Source of the DNA: an uncultured virus (IMG/VR IMGVR_UViG_3300042006_000224)
Taxonomy: Duplodnaviria > Heunggongvirae > Uroviricota > Caudoviricetes > Schitoviridae
Virus record (IMG/VR): IMGVR_UViG_3300042006_000224
Length of the DNA stretch: 64,000 nucleotides
Reading direction: 5' to 3' (one strand)
In this document: positions 8,874 through 19,364 of the stretch, in pieces
How positions within the stretch are numbered: position 1 is the first letter of the stretch
How the letters are laid out: each line of letters begins with the position of its first letter
Made by a program: the position numbers and the translations under genes
Notes under the pieces: model-generated
Databases searched by the model: none
What the model was told of the DNA's origin: nothing
What the model saw: only the letters and a program-made list of their open reading frames with translations

Positions 8874-11030
8874 TTAAGGGCGGGCTGCCAGCTCTTTACC
8901 GACAGTGACCATGATAGAGCCCAGGATCTCGGCTTCGGACAGCTTGTCGGCCAACTTATCGTTGAGCGACGTGACGCAGTCCTTGATCTCCGCCCAGTTC
9001 TTCCCGGCTTCGATCAACAAACGGGCATAGCGGTGCAGCATGACATTACGGTTGCCATCACCCGTGTTGTTGATGATCCAGCGTTCCAGATTGTCCATTT
9101 GCTGCTGGGAACCCAGCCGCTGAAGACGTTCTTCGTTTTTACTGGTTTTCGGGATGAAGGGCAGGACATCAAACAGCTCGCCCTCGGTTTGCTCGAAGTG
9201 AGCGCCATGCGACATCCACTTCTTGCTCCGGTGAGTACAGGACTCATCCACTTCGAACGGCAGGGATTCCAGCACGTTCTTCATGAATTCCTTGTATTCC
9301 TTCGCGTCCATTTGCAGGACGTAGTTCGTCGGAAGAACAATGCGGAACCGGTTTGCATCGTCGGTGTGACGCTTGGTCGTGTAGTAGATCGCCGAATAAT
9401 CTTTCATCAGCATCTTCGCCGTGGACAAGTTCATCGTCCCGTCGATATCCAACACGATCATGTTGAAGCCGGGGATACAGGTATCCTCGGTACGATGGCC
9501 GCCGTGAACATGGTGATTAAGCCAGTGCAGGTCAGTTCCTGTGACAAGACGTTCCAGTTGAGTCCATGGGGCAGTCTTGTTTGCGTAACCATGCGCCGGG
9601 TGTTCACCGGCACCGCCACGGGCATACGACACCACCATCTTGGTCAGGTCAGTGACCTTCAGCTTCTCGCCGCGCAGGAACTCAATCCCGTCGGTGAAAG
9701 CCTTCTTGATGATGACGTTGTTCTTGTAGCCCCAGGCGATGGCCATCTTGACCATGTCGGCCCGCGATGCCTGACTGCCCTTGTAATAGGGCAAGTCTTG
9801 CATCAGGTCCGGTTCGGTCACTTCCGTGCCACAGTTGCCCAGGTAGTTCGCCAGCTTGACGTATGGGCGTTCACGAGACAGCAGAAGCTCGAAGGCCTTA
9901 CCGCTTTCTTCAGCCAGTCGAACTGCTTGGTAGAAATGCGTCTCCGTCAGCTCCGGGGAGCCGTCGATGAATGCATAGGCACCAGCAGCCTTCAGGGCTT
10001 TGAAATATCGGTGAGAGATTTCCGCTTTGCGTTGTTCTTCGTGTTCGGGCAGGGCATCGGCTAAACGCTCGCAGTCGATCTTGTACTGGATCACCAGCAA
10101 GCTGGTTTCCTTGGTCATGGTCAACACAGTATTCATGTTGTGCGAATCAGCCAAGTAACCCAGTTTTTCGCTGAAGTTTTCCACGAACGTGGACGAAACC
10201 TTGTTCGTCATGCGGTCGTAGATTTCTTCAGCCGACAGGGTCAGATCGCGGGTGCTTTCTTTGCCGTAGCTGAAGAAACAGCGGCGAGCGTAGCCGGTAT
10301 CGAGCAATGAGATCAGCTCGTCTTCCGTCTTGCCACCATCGAGCAATTTCGACGGTGTACCGAACATCATGAGGTTCGTTGGCGTGTTGCCGTCGATTTC
10401 CTCGTGACGGACGTTCTCGGCAGTCACTTTGGTGATCTTCTGGCGAATGCCGCCCATATCGAACAATTCCAGCAGTGTTGTGAGCACTTCGGAACTGGAC
10501 GACAGGTTGGAACCGATTTCGTCGATGATCAGGTTGACTGCGCCCGCATCTGCGAGCAACAGCTTGTGACGCATCTGCTTTACCGCAGCCGGGGTACCGG
10601 AGTCGAAGCTATAAACCAGAGGACCAAGGGAAGCGAACTCCTTCTTGATTTTCTCCAGCTCGAAGTCGTATTCCGTCGAATCCCGGGATGAACGCCGCAG
10701 CGCCAGCTTTTCGAGGTGCGGTTCAGCAGTGAACGGGAAGTTTTCGAGGAAACGGGTACGGAATTGGTTGGTTATCTCCTTTTCCAGAATGTTCGTCGAG
10801 AAGCCTTTACCGGCACCGGATGTGGCGAGGTTCAGCGCGTACATGTTGACCGGGATGTCACCCCGATCATGGGTGCGGATCAATACCCGCATCTGTGAGG
10901 CAATCATGCACAGGTGGAACGTCGTCAACACACGGAAGAACAAATGGTTCGAACTCTGTGTCTTTTCACACAGAATGCGCACCACGTCCTCCACTTCGGG
11001 GTTATACGACATGTCTTCGACAGCTTTCAT
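8874..11030 (-). CDS. DNA primase (N4 gp43-like)
   Basis: 718 aa, 'SGAGKG' P-loop, 'LDIDG' AEP motif, C-terminal 'GNRN' PriCT-like. Confidence 0.8.
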   Translation of the reverse strand: MKAVEDMSYNPEVEDVVRILCEKTQSSNHLFFRVLTTFHLCMIASQMRVLIRTHDRGDIPVNMYALNLATSGAGKGFSTNILEKEITNQFRTRFLENFPFTAEPHLEKLALRRSSRDSTEYDFELEKIKKEFASLGPLVYSFDSGTPAAVKQMRHKLLLADAGAVNLIIDEIGSNLSSSSEVLTTLLELFDMGGIRQKITKVTAENVRHEEIDGNTPTNLMMFGTPSKLLDGGKTEDELISLLDTGYARRCFFSYGKESTRDLTLSAEEIYDRMTNKVSSTFVENFSEKLGYLADSHNMNTVLTMTKETSLLVIQYKIDCERLADALPEHEEQRKAEISHRYFKALKAAGAYAFIDGSPELTETHFYQAVRLAEESGKAFELLLSRERPYVKLANYLGNCGTEVTEPDLMQDLPYYKGSQASRADMVKMAIAWGYKNNVIIKKAFTDGIEFLRGEKLKVTDLTKMVVSYARGGAGEHPAHGYANKTAPWTQLERLVTGTDLHWLNHHVHGGHRTEDTCIPGFNMIVLDIDGTMNLSTAKMLMKDYSAIYYTTKRHTDDANRFRIVLPTNYVLQMDAKEYKEFMKNVLESLPFEVDESCTHRSKKWMSHGAHFEQTEGELFDVLPFIPKTSKNEERLQRLGSQQQMDNLERWIINNTGDGNRNVMLHRYARLLIEAGKNWAEIKDCVTSLNDKLADKLSEAEILGSIMVTVGKELAARP

Positions 11031-11048
11031 TGATTTCTCCGTGTTTGA

Positions 11049-12032
11049 CTACAGGACCAGATCGCCGCACGCAATGAGTGCGTCTTTCTGTTTGCATGCG
11101 AGGAAGCCCGCGCAATATTTGCATCCTGTGACACCGCCGCGTTTGGTGACTACGACGCCACCCTTTGTGGCGACAAGAAGATCAGCATCGGCTTTGTTGT
11201 CAAAGTTTTTGGTAGATCGGGCACCGGGTTCGTGTGCTTTCTCCGGTTTGGCGAAATAACGATAGGTGTCCGGCTTTCTCCACAGATCCTTGTCGGAACA
11301 GGGAGGCATATCTTCTTCCGGCGCATGCTCAAGGTCAATGAGCTGCTGAACCTTGCCTTCGACATAGACTTGCGTCTCTTCGAGCGACAGGAGCTGCAGC
11401 TTGCGCGTATGCATGCGGGCAGGTGGGTAATTGTCCGGGTTCATGTTGCGATCCCGGCCATTCCAGTCGGTGAACTGGAATGTGAGGTTCATCCAGTCTT
11501 TCGTTACCAATTCTGGGTTGAGCCAGCGGTACATGCTGCCTTGCAGGACGTAATTCTCGAAGTCTGCGTTGAGGTACTTCCATACCGACGTATTCTTCAA
11601 ATCCTCGACGGCACCGTCACCGATGAAGTCAAACTTCCCGGATACGGTGATGCCAAGCACGTCCTTCTTGCTGCGGATTTCGGTGTACACCGGAATGATG
11701 CCACCGGCCGCAACTTCTTCTGCAGATGGGTTAACCCGGACCTTGCGCGCAACGCCGGGAGGATTACCCAGAGCAATCAGGGTATCGACCAGCTTGGGCG
11801 ACTTCCACGCTGCCTCAAAGGCGTCATGGATCGCGGTACCGTTACTGCTCGGGATCATGTCCGCAACGTCCTGAGACAGCATCCCAGGCGGTACACGGCG
11901 GGCCAAGATCACTTGCTTCACTGGTTTCAGCAGTGTGGTGACCGACAGGCCGGCTTCTTCCCGGTCGTACGTCTCATGCGCGAGGTAAACCTGTGCAAAG
12001 AGTGACAAACCAGTGTTGTTGGTGAATTTCAT
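11049..12032 (-). CDS. PD-(D/E)XK exonuclease (N4 gp42-like)
   Basis: 'GTAIH', 'GKFD...EDLK', C-terminal CxxC..C. Confidence 0.75.
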   Translation of the reverse strand: MKFTNNTGLSLFAQVYLAHETYDREEAGLSVTTLLKPVKQVILARRVPPGMLSQDVADMIPSSNGTAIHDAFEAAWKSPKLVDTLIALGNPPGVARKVRVNPSAEEVAAGGIIPVYTEIRSKKDVLGITVSGKFDFIGDGAVEDLKNTSVWKYLNADFENYVLQGSMYRWLNPELVTKDWMNLTFQFTDWNGRDRNMNPDNYPPARMHTRKLQLLSLEETQVYVEGKVQQLIDLEHAPEEDMPPCSDKDLWRKPDTYRYFAKPEKAHEPGARSTKNFDNKADADLLVATKGGVVVTKRGGVTGCKYCAGFLACKQKDALIACGDLVL

Positions 12033-12409
12033 GCTTGATGCTCCGGTTGTTCGGCCAGCCACGCCCCAAGGGTGCGGTGGGCTTCTTTGAGGTCGTGGTA
12101 GACGGATTTGCCACCAGTGCGACAGCCAGGCACCAGAAGCTTCTTGCGTGCGTGATACAGGCGCGAGGAAGGCAACGGGAATAGATCATCCACCCGATAG
12201 GTGTCGATGGCCCGCCAGTGCTCCGGCAGAGGCTTCCAATAGGCTGGAAAGTCCTTAGCCAGTTGCTCAGCTTCGGTATCGACTTGTCGGGTCTTAGCGG
12301 CAAAAAGCCCGTAATTCACCAACCCACCTACGTTATTGACGCGATAGATGTGATCTTCGTGCAAGACGTTGCCGTCCGTGTCTCGAATGTGCTTCATGGG
12401 GTCGATCAT
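12029..12409 (-). CDS. Hypothetical phage protein (possibly DUF3310-like)
   Basis: 'IDTYRV...HARKKLL..G.R..KS...DLKEA'. Confidence 0.55.
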   Translation of the reverse strand: MIDPMKHIRDTDGNVLHEDHIYRVNNVGGLVNYGLFAAKTRQVDTEAEQLAKDFPAYWKPLPEHWRAIDTYRVDDLFPLPSSRLYHARKKLLVPGCRTGGKSVYHDLKEAHRTLGAWLAEQPEHQA

Positions 12410-12867
12410 GCTGCATCCTTCTGTTGTTTAAGTCGCTGGCGTAGTTCGGCCAGTGTTGGGGTATGACGCACCAGTACACGAGGTGTCAGGTGCTTTGTCA
12501 TGCGGATAATGACCAGCTTGGCTGCAGCCATGTACCGGCGAGCTTGGCGGTCAGACAGGTTCAACACACAAGCCAGATGCTCACTGGAGATGTTCTCCAT
12601 GTACGAGAGCACTGCGAATAGGCGTGTCGGTGACAAGTTACCGCCTGAGCCGTGATCCAGCGTGCAGACCCCCGTGATGATGTTGTCGATCAGCACGTTC
12701 TCGTTTGCGTAGCGGAAGAAGGCGAAGCGTTGGTGGTGTGGGTTGTGCAAGAAGCGCACACGGTTGGAGCTGGGGTGCATGTCACGGTGTAAGTGCATGT
12801 TCACGCGATCCGTTCCAGATTGGCCCAATGAAGCGGCCAGCGTTGGGTAGCTATCCTGCAAGATCAT
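12406..12867 (-). CDS. Putative HTH DNA-binding protein
   Basis: 'SEHLACVLNLSDRQARRYM' resembles an HTH; AGGA SD. Confidence 0.5.
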   Translation of the reverse strand: MILQDSYPTLAASLGQSGTDRVNMHLHRDMHPSSNRVRFLHNPHHQRFAFFRYANENVLIDNIITGVCTLDHGSGGNLSPTRLFAVLSYMENISSEHLACVLNLSDRQARRYMAAAKLVIIRMTKHLTPRVLVRHTPTLAELRQRLKQQKDAA

Positions 12868-12914
12868 CGGATTCCTTGGTTAAAAAATGGTCAATCGAAA
12901 CGGACCCATATATA

Positions 12915-13100
12915 GAAGAGGGGACTCACCTCCCCGATTTGCCTCAGCAATCGCAAAGGCTCCCGGAGGGAGCAACGTCACCTCATCCCCACCAAACCCC
13001 CACCGGGGCACGACACACCTAGCCGGTGCAGTGCCGCTAGGGCCGCGCAGCGGACCCGACGCGAGCACGGAGTCCGGCGTAGGTGGGGAGTGACCAGGAA
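12915..13100. other. GC-rich multi-hairpin non-coding element
   Basis: GCTCCC-GGA-GGGAGC, CCGC-GCA-GCGG, CCTAGC/GCTAGG, enclosing CCCCACC/GGTGGGG. Confidence 0.55.
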
Positions 13101-13117
13101 AAGAAAAACTAATTAAA

Positions 13118-13516
13118 TCAAAACTTTAAAAACGATTTTTTGCCGAGAACCAAAGCCAAGGGATCAGTTACCCCTTCGTGGCTGGGACCGTCTTGCAAAA
13201 TAAATGGTGTTGTAGGTACGAGTTCTCGCATTTTCTCGCTTAAAACTGGGCGTAGCAGCGGCAGAGCGCCCCTTACCATGTCTGCACCTAGAAGCGCAGC
13301 CAAATCACATGTCAATACGCTTTCCATGGAAATTGGCGCGATAGTGAACATTTGCAGGGCAATCGGTCTATGCAAAGAAGTCCATTGCGTTTTCTTGCAA
13401 TCTATGAAGTGACTTCTAAGGCGATCACGTAGCTTGTGCGTATGCCCTACATACCAGCAGCTATGCTCCAAGCGAAGTATGTATAGCCAGCCTGGATGCC
13501 CGTCTTTACTACTCAT
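13118..13516 (-). CDS. Free-standing GIY-YIG endonuclease
   Basis: 'LYILRL...WYVGHT...RL..H'; lower GC; AGGAG SD. Confidence 0.75.
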   Translation of the reverse strand: MSSKDGHPGWLYILRLEHSCWYVGHTHKLRDRLRSHFIDCKKTQWTSLHRPIALQMFTIAPISMESVLTCDLAALLGADMVRGALPLLRPVLSEKMRELVPTTPFILQDGPSHEGVTDPLALVLGKKSFLKF

Positions 13517-13798
13517 TGGGGAACTCCTGTACAAAAAGTGATCAGACAAAGAAAAACCCCCAGAGAAATGGAGGTTTTTGGTCTTGAGCACTTTTTAACC
13601 AATTATAGGTGATGGATTCTGCTGCTGACCGGCCGCGATAGTAGTTTGTGGAATAGACGTACGTCAAGTGTCGCAAACCCCTGTCGTCTTACCTATCCCG
13701 GCGCGGTGTCGCTGCGCGAACCGCTTGGGTAGGACGACGACTGGTGTTTGCTAGGGAAAAGGGGTGTAGAATCGGCCAACTTATGTTAAGGGGGCTTT

Positions 13799-15079
13799 AT
13801 GAGCGAAGTTTGTTCCATCACCGCATCCGGTGACTATGTTTGTGGTACCGGGGGTTGGGGTGGCCCAAAGCCCGGAGATCCGAACACATCTGACCTATTG
13901 CTGCATGCAGTGCCTGCATTTGGCGGTATTGACCTGACTTGGACGTGGCCTGACACCTTTCCTGAAGCTGTAGCCTACACCACGATCTATCGTGGTCTTT
14001 CGGCTGACTTCAACGGTGCAGCGGTGCATGTCGCAGCAGCATCCGGTAATTTCTTCTACGACCGTATCGAATACGGTGTTGTGACCCAGTTCTACTACTG
14101 GATCATCGTTCACTCCGTTTACGGCACACCTTCGCGATTAATCGGCCCGGCCTGGGCAACTGCCAAGCCTCGCATCGAAGAGATGATCGAAGAGCTGACC
14201 GGGAAGATTGACGCTGGTGTTCTGGCAGTTTCGTTGAAATCTGAAATCGCCCGCATCGAATTGAACCACCTGAACATCACGCAGGAGCAATTGGATCGCC
14301 AAGGCGAAGATGATGCACTTGCGGCACAAATCACTGTGGTTGGTGCGTATTCCGACGAGACTCGCGCACTTCTGCAAACTGAAGTGCTTGCGCGTACGTC
14401 TTCGAACGAAGCATTCGTTTCGACGGTGAACACGCTGTGGGCTGAAGTGAACGGCAACATTGCCGCGGTGCAGACTCAAATCACTGCCGTTGTAGACGAT
14501 CAACAAGCTCTTGCACAGCAACTCACCACCTTGGAAACCCAGTTCGGTGAAGACTTGGCTCAAGTCTCACAAACGCTGGAGACTCAGATTGACGTAGTGG
14601 ATGGCAAGGTTGTGGCCATCGGTGCCTTGTACACGGCAAAAGTCAACGTGAACGGTTTAATTGGTGGCTTCGGTATCTATAACGATGGTACCGAGGTGGA
14701 GGCCGGCTTTGACGTGGATCGCTTCTGGATCGGTCGCACTGGCGCCAACAAGCGCAAGCCTTTCATTGTTCAGAACGATGTGGTGTACATCGACGATGCT
14801 GCGATCAACAAGCTGACCTTCAGCAAGCTGCGTGATGAATCAGGCAGCTTCGTTGTGGCCAATGGCAAGGTGAAGGCACAGTACATTGAAGTGGACACTT
14901 TGGTGGTGCGGGCAGCGCAATCGAACAACTATGTAAATGCCTCCACCGGTTGGTCGTTGGCTGCCAACGGTGACTTCCAAATCAACGGTCGTGGTGGTGC
15001 CGGGCGCTTGCTGATTCAAAGCAGCGGCGTTTACGGGTATCACTCCAACGGTGTCATGGCCTTTGCGTTGAGTATCTAA
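13799..15079 (+). CDS. Tail tip / host-specificity protein (J-like C-terminal, DUF1983-like)
   Basis: Fn3-like N-terminus, coiled coil, 'YTAKVNVNGLIGGFG...DRFWI...PFIV'. Confidence 0.7.
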   Translation: MSEVCSITASGDYVCGTGGWGGPKPGDPNTSDLLLHAVPAFGGIDLTWTWPDTFPEAVAYTTIYRGLSADFNGAAVHVAAASGNFFYDRIEYGVVTQFYYWIIVHSVYGTPSRLIGPAWATAKPRIEEMIEELTGKIDAGVLAVSLKSEIARIELNHLNITQEQLDRQGEDDALAAQITVVGAYSDETRALLQTEVLARTSSNEAFVSTVNTLWAEVNGNIAAVQTQITAVVDDQQALAQQLTTLETQFGEDLAQVSQTLETQIDVVDGKVVAIGALYTAKVNVNGLIGGFGIYNDGTEVEAGFDVDRFWIGRTGANKRKPFIVQNDVVYIDDAAINKLTFSKLRDESGSFVVANGKVKAQYIEVDTLVVRAAQSNNYVNASTGWSLAANGDFQINGRGGAGRLLIQSSGVYGYHSNGVMAFALSI

Positions 15080-15080
15080 T

Positions 15081-15383
15081 ATGGCTGGTTTACAGACGTG
15101 GGATAGCGCCGGGCGCCTGACTGTTGATATGACCATGCATATCAGCCAGATGCAGGGGTATGTGGATACCGGGGGTGGCAATGGGGCTATCGGCATCCCG
15201 GGACCGCCCGGGGGCAAGACTCAGTTCTTTATTGTGGTGCCCTTGCAGGACATGCAGAACGAGAAAGGTAAACGCCCCGGGGTGACCCTTTCCGGTGGTG
15301 TGCTGTCATGGGCCTACTCCTACGCTACCAATGGCTGGGGCTACTTTTCGGCGAACTGCCGCATTTTCTACGGGTATTACTGA
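15081..15383 (+). CDS. Tail-associated protein
   Basis: 'GLQTWDSAGRL' motif common in genes following J-like genes. Confidence 0.6.
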   Translation: MAGLQTWDSAGRLTVDMTMHISQMQGYVDTGGGNGAIGIPGPPGGKTQFFIVVPLQDMQNEKGKRPGVTLSGGVLSWAYSYATNGWGYFSANCRIFYGYY

Positions 15384-16276
15384 TGTCCAATCTGCTGGTT
15401 TACAAAGACACCGGGGAGCTGCTGTTTGACACCAACTTGATCAGCTATGGCTTGATCAAGTCCGGGTACATGGTTTATCTCGAATCATGGATACGTCGTG
15501 AGTACCTGAACAACAACCAAGACCCCAATAACGGGGCTAACTGGTCGCCAGTGCAAGTTCACTATGATCCGACCCACACTGACACGTTGCACGGGTTTAC
15601 CGTGTGGGGCTGGATCTCGCCGATCTGTTTCATCACGGGGCCAGGGTGCTTGAACGGTACCCGCATAAATGGGGATGGTTCCATGACGTTCCTGTATTCC
15701 AATGCCGGTACCTCCACCAAGTTCTTCTGCTTCGACCTGATGGCCGACAACTTAGGGGGTTCGACCTTCCTGAAGACCTGGGACACCACTGGACGCATCA
15801 CATTCAACTCGTTGCAGCCTCCATTAAACGTCGTGGCTGCCTACCAAGCGCCGGGGCCGGGGAGTGTTGATCAGTTTGGGCGTTACAAGGAAACCTATGC
15901 CGGTGGGTACACACAAAGTGAGCCGGAGCTGGGTCCGGCGTCTCCTTGGCGACGTAAGCGAGCAACCTCACGTGTTGACATCGGATTAAGCGGGGTTGAG
16001 TACGCTGTTTACTTGCCTTGGAGTCGGTCGGTCATATTCAACGACTTCAACGATTTCAACGGTTTCTTCAACGCATCTCAGTACGGCGGGCAAGAAGGTG
16101 CCTATGGGCGGTTTGGGGGTATCTCTTTCCTGTTTGGCGCTTCTGCCGGGACTACCAGTGGCAGTCTTAACACGGCGGGCTACAGTGCTGGCATTTCCTT
16201 CAGCAATCTACCAACTGATCGGTATCCGGTAGCTTTGATCATTCATACGGCTGGTTTGATCTTTCCGTATAACTGA
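15383..16276 (+). CDS. Tail-associated protein
   Basis: TGATG overlap; repeated 'D.TG.L.F' motifs. Confidence 0.6.
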   Translation: MSNLLVYKDTGELLFDTNLISYGLIKSGYMVYLESWIRREYLNNNQDPNNGANWSPVQVHYDPTHTDTLHGFTVWGWISPICFITGPGCLNGTRINGDGSMTFLYSNAGTSTKFFCFDLMADNLGGSTFLKTWDTTGRITFNSLQPPLNVVAAYQAPGPGSVDQFGRYKETYAGGYTQSEPELGPASPWRRKRATSRVDIGLSGVEYAVYLPWSRSVIFNDFNDFNGFFNASQYGGQEGAYGRFGGISFLFGASAGTTSGSLNTAGYSAGISFSNLPTDRYPVALIIHTAGLIFPYN

Positions 16277-16325
16277 TCCACAGCATGGCGGACGTAACCC
16301 GTCAATAATGATAAAGTTCGCCCTA

Positions 16326-16350
16326 CCGCCCACACTCGGGCGGTTTTTTA
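16326..16350 (+). terminator. Rho-independent terminator
   Basis: ACCGCCC-ACACTC-GGGCGGT followed by a T-run. Confidence 0.7.
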
Positions 16351-16363
16351 TAGGAGACAGCCA

Positions 16364-18496
16364 ATGACTGCTGTTTTGTTCAAATTTTCGCATCCTGACG
16401 GGACTCCGGTAGTTGATGCGCCGTTTCTCGTTACAACGCGGAAACCGAGCTTCGATGAGACGCTCAACAACGGTATTCAGGTGTCGGGTGATGTTAACGG
16501 CACCACTGACGCTCAAGGCGAGGCAACCCTCGAATTGATGGCGGGATTCGCCACGTATTACTTGATCATGAATAATCCCGGCGCGGTACCGGGTGATGAT
16601 GGTTGCACTGCTGGTTTGCGCTATCGCTTCATGGTCGTCGAGTCTGCAACCACACTGCATGTGGAAGACCTGATTGTTACAACCCCTACATGGTCGCGTC
16701 CGTGGGATGAGGTCGCTTTACAGATCATCATCGACGCCAAGGTCACTGCGACTGACGCCGCCGACCGTGCCTTAGCTTCGGCCGAGGCAGCCGACGCCAG
16801 TGAGTTGGCGGCCAAGACATCTGAGGACAATGCCAAGCTCAGCGAAAACGCGGCCAAGGCCAGCGAACTGGTGGCTATCGACAAGGCAGCTCAAGCCAGT
16901 GCTTCGCAAGTGGCTGCCCTGGCCTCCGAAGTTGCAGCGCAGGCCTCTGAGGATGCTGCCGCAGGTAGTGCCCTGGCAGCGCAAGCCTCTGCTGATTTCG
17001 CGGCTGGTGCCGTCGTGGATATGCAGGCGCAGGTCGATGAAGCCACTGCGCAAGCAGGCATCGCCACTACTGCGGCGAACACTTCGACTGCCAACGCTGC
17101 GCTGACTGCCGCGGACCGGGTTGCCACGGCTGCCGACGCTGTTGCTACGGAAGCGGACAAGGTGGCTACGGCAGCGGATGTCGTCACCATCACTGGTTTG
17201 AAGACTGACGTGACGGCCCTCAAGGATGAAACCTTGGGTTACCGCGATGACGCGATGGCCGCGGTGGGCACTCTCGGGGCAATCATCCAGGACGGTGGGC
17301 CTATCGACTTGTCTGGCGGTACGTACCCGACTGCACCGACTCACTCGACCATGTGGAAGGTCACTGTTGGCGGTACCGTGTCTGGCCCGCAAGGCGATAC
17401 CTACGGCATTGGCGATTCCTTGTTCTACGCCAAAGACCAAGACCTGTTTTACAAAATCGACAACACTGAGAACGTGTCGTCGGTAGCCGGCAAAACCGGT
17501 GTCGTGACGCTGGTTAAAGCGGATGTGGGCTTGCCTCTGGTAGATAACACAGCGGATTCGGCCAAACCTGTCAGCACGCCTCAACAGAACGCGCTGGACC
17601 TGAAAATCGACAAAACCAGCATCGTTGATGACCTGACCAGCACCGACGCCACCAAAGTGCTGTCGGCCAAGCAGGGCAAGTCGCTTTACGATCTGATCCA
17701 AGCCAACAACGTGACTCTGGTGGTTTACGAGTTCTTGGCCACGGCCGGGCAGACTGTATTCTCGGGTGTTGACGCCAATGGCCTGACTCTGCTGTACACC
17801 GCAGGCACGGGCACCATTGTGCTGCGCAACGGTGTGCAACTGGAAAAGACCGTCGATTACACGGCTACTGATGGCAGCTCTGTGACCTTCGTGACGGCGA
17901 ACGATTTGAATGACCTGATCCAAGTCATGGCGTTCGGAACCTTCTCGGTGGCCAACCACTACACCAAGGCTGAGGACGACGCGTTACTGCTGACCAAGGC
18001 TGACAAGTCCACCACTTACACCAAAACCGAAGATGATGCCCGGTTTGTACAGAAAACGGACGTTATCGACACCGCTCACGGCGGCACAGGTGCCACATCT
18101 ATGGGGGCAGGGGCAGTTGGGATTGTTTCCCAGGCGGCTGGTGTACCCACCGGGGCTATTTTACAATCGAGCTGGGGCGCGGGTGGTGGTTATATTAAGT
18201 ATGCCGACGGCACAATGATTCAGGTGATTAAACGGGTGGTTACTCGTGATATCAACCAAGCCTATGGCAGTATGTTTATCACCCCGGTTATTGAAGCCGC
18301 ACAAGCTTGGCCTATTCCGTTTGTTTCACTGGTTTTTGAGTCGGCTACAGTTATCGGCGAATCTCTATCTTGCTGGTGGGCAGGTGCTGGTTACGGGACT
18401 GTAACGCAAACCCAAGCAGGGTTCTTGTACAGTGCTGTCACTCGCGCCAGTTCTAGCTACACCATCACCTACCGAGCAGAAGGCCGCTGGTTCTAA
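16364..18496 (+). CDS. Tail fibre protein
   Basis: Ala-rich coiled shaft, 'VSSVAGKTGVV', 'DNTADSAKPVS', tip domain 'YIKYADGTMIQ...GRWF'. Confidence 0.85.
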   Translation: MTAVLFKFSHPDGTPVVDAPFLVTTRKPSFDETLNNGIQVSGDVNGTTDAQGEATLELMAGFATYYLIMNNPGAVPGDDGCTAGLRYRFMVVESATTLHVEDLIVTTPTWSRPWDEVALQIIIDAKVTATDAADRALASAEAADASELAAKTSEDNAKLSENAAKASELVAIDKAAQASASQVAALASEVAAQASEDAAAGSALAAQASADFAAGAVVDMQAQVDEATAQAGIATTAANTSTANAALTAADRVATAADAVATEADKVATAADVVTITGLKTDVTALKDETLGYRDDAMAAVGTLGAIIQDGGPIDLSGGTYPTAPTHSTMWKVTVGGTVSGPQGDTYGIGDSLFYAKDQDLFYKIDNTENVSSVAGKTGVVTLVKADVGLPLVDNTADSAKPVSTPQQNALDLKIDKTSIVDDLTSTDATKVLSAKQGKSLYDLIQANNVTLVVYEFLATAGQTVFSGVDANGLTLLYTAGTGTIVLRNGVQLEKTVDYTATDGSSVTFVTANDLNDLIQVMAFGTFSVANHYTKAEDDALLLTKADKSTTYTKTEDDARFVQKTDVIDTAHGGTGATSMGAGAVGIVSQAAGVPTGAILQSSWGAGGGYIKYADGTMIQVIKRVVTRDINQAYGSMFITPVIEAAQAWPIPFVSLVFESATVIGESLSCWWAGAGYGTVTQTQAGFLYSAVTRASSSYTITYRAEGRWF

Positions 18497-18526
18497 CTAA
18501 TAACAATCGCCCTGAAAAGGGCGGTT

Positions 18527-19324
18527 ATGGAGTTGTATATGACATCTAAAGCACAACGACTGTCGGGATTGGCCAAAGAGCTGGATGCTCTGGCCGCTGC
18601 TTCCAGCAGCACACTGATTGTTTATGAATACACCGCGACTGCCGGCCAGACTGTGTTCAGCGGCGCGGACAACAATGGCCTGACCTTGAACTACATCGCG
18701 GGCAACACCCTGGTCGTTTATAACGAAGGTGTGTTGCAGAAGACCGTGGACTACGCCACTACCAGTTCCAGTGTCCTGACGCTGACTTCGGGGGCTGAAG
18801 TGGGTGCATTGGTGCGCATGTATGCCTTCGGTACTTTCGCCGTGGCCAACGTGTATACCAAACCGGAAAGCGACACGATCATCACCAACTTGGCTTTGAA
18901 GTCTGCGTCTAAAGCCGACATCATTGGTACAGTAAGCCAATCTGGGGGTGTGCCAACAGGTGCCGTTATCGAATACACAACTGATGGGGCAGGGAGTACC
19001 TGCACACGTTTTGCCGACGGTACACAAGTATGCACTTATCGCTTTCGGTCACCATCCGTATATGCACTAGATGTTGCGGTAGGTCCTATGTGGCGAACAC
19101 GGGATACAGCCATTCTGGTGAGTGGCGTTAACTACCTTAAAGCCTTTGTTGGTGAGCTGCCCAAACTGAGTTATACAGTGCGCATGGATAGCTGGTATGG
19201 GTTTCCAGGGTTGCTTGCTGGCACCCGTACATTAACCTCCTGGGTGCCCGCTCATGTTATTGCTCTTGCGTCGGTATCCACCACGCTTGAAATTGACTGT
19301 ATCGCTTGGGGCCGTTGGTTCTAA
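18527..19324 (+). CDS. Tail fibre paralog (partial shaft plus tip)
   Basis: Shares 'YEYTATAGQTVFSG' and 'RFADGTQVC...GRWF' with the 16364 gene. Confidence 0.75.
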   Translation: MELYMTSKAQRLSGLAKELDALAAASSSTLIVYEYTATAGQTVFSGADNNGLTLNYIAGNTLVVYNEGVLQKTVDYATTSSSVLTLTSGAEVGALVRMYAFGTFAVANVYTKPESDTIITNLALKSASKADIIGTVSQSGGVPTGAVIEYTTDGAGSTCTRFADGTQVCTYRFRSPSVYALDVAVGPMWRTRDTAILVSGVNYLKAFVGELPKLSYTVRMDSWYGFPGLLAGTRTLTSWVPAHVIALASVSTTLEIDCIAWGRWF

Positions 19325-19364
19325 CTAATTACTGCCCCGAAAGGGGCAAACCAAGGAGTAACAC

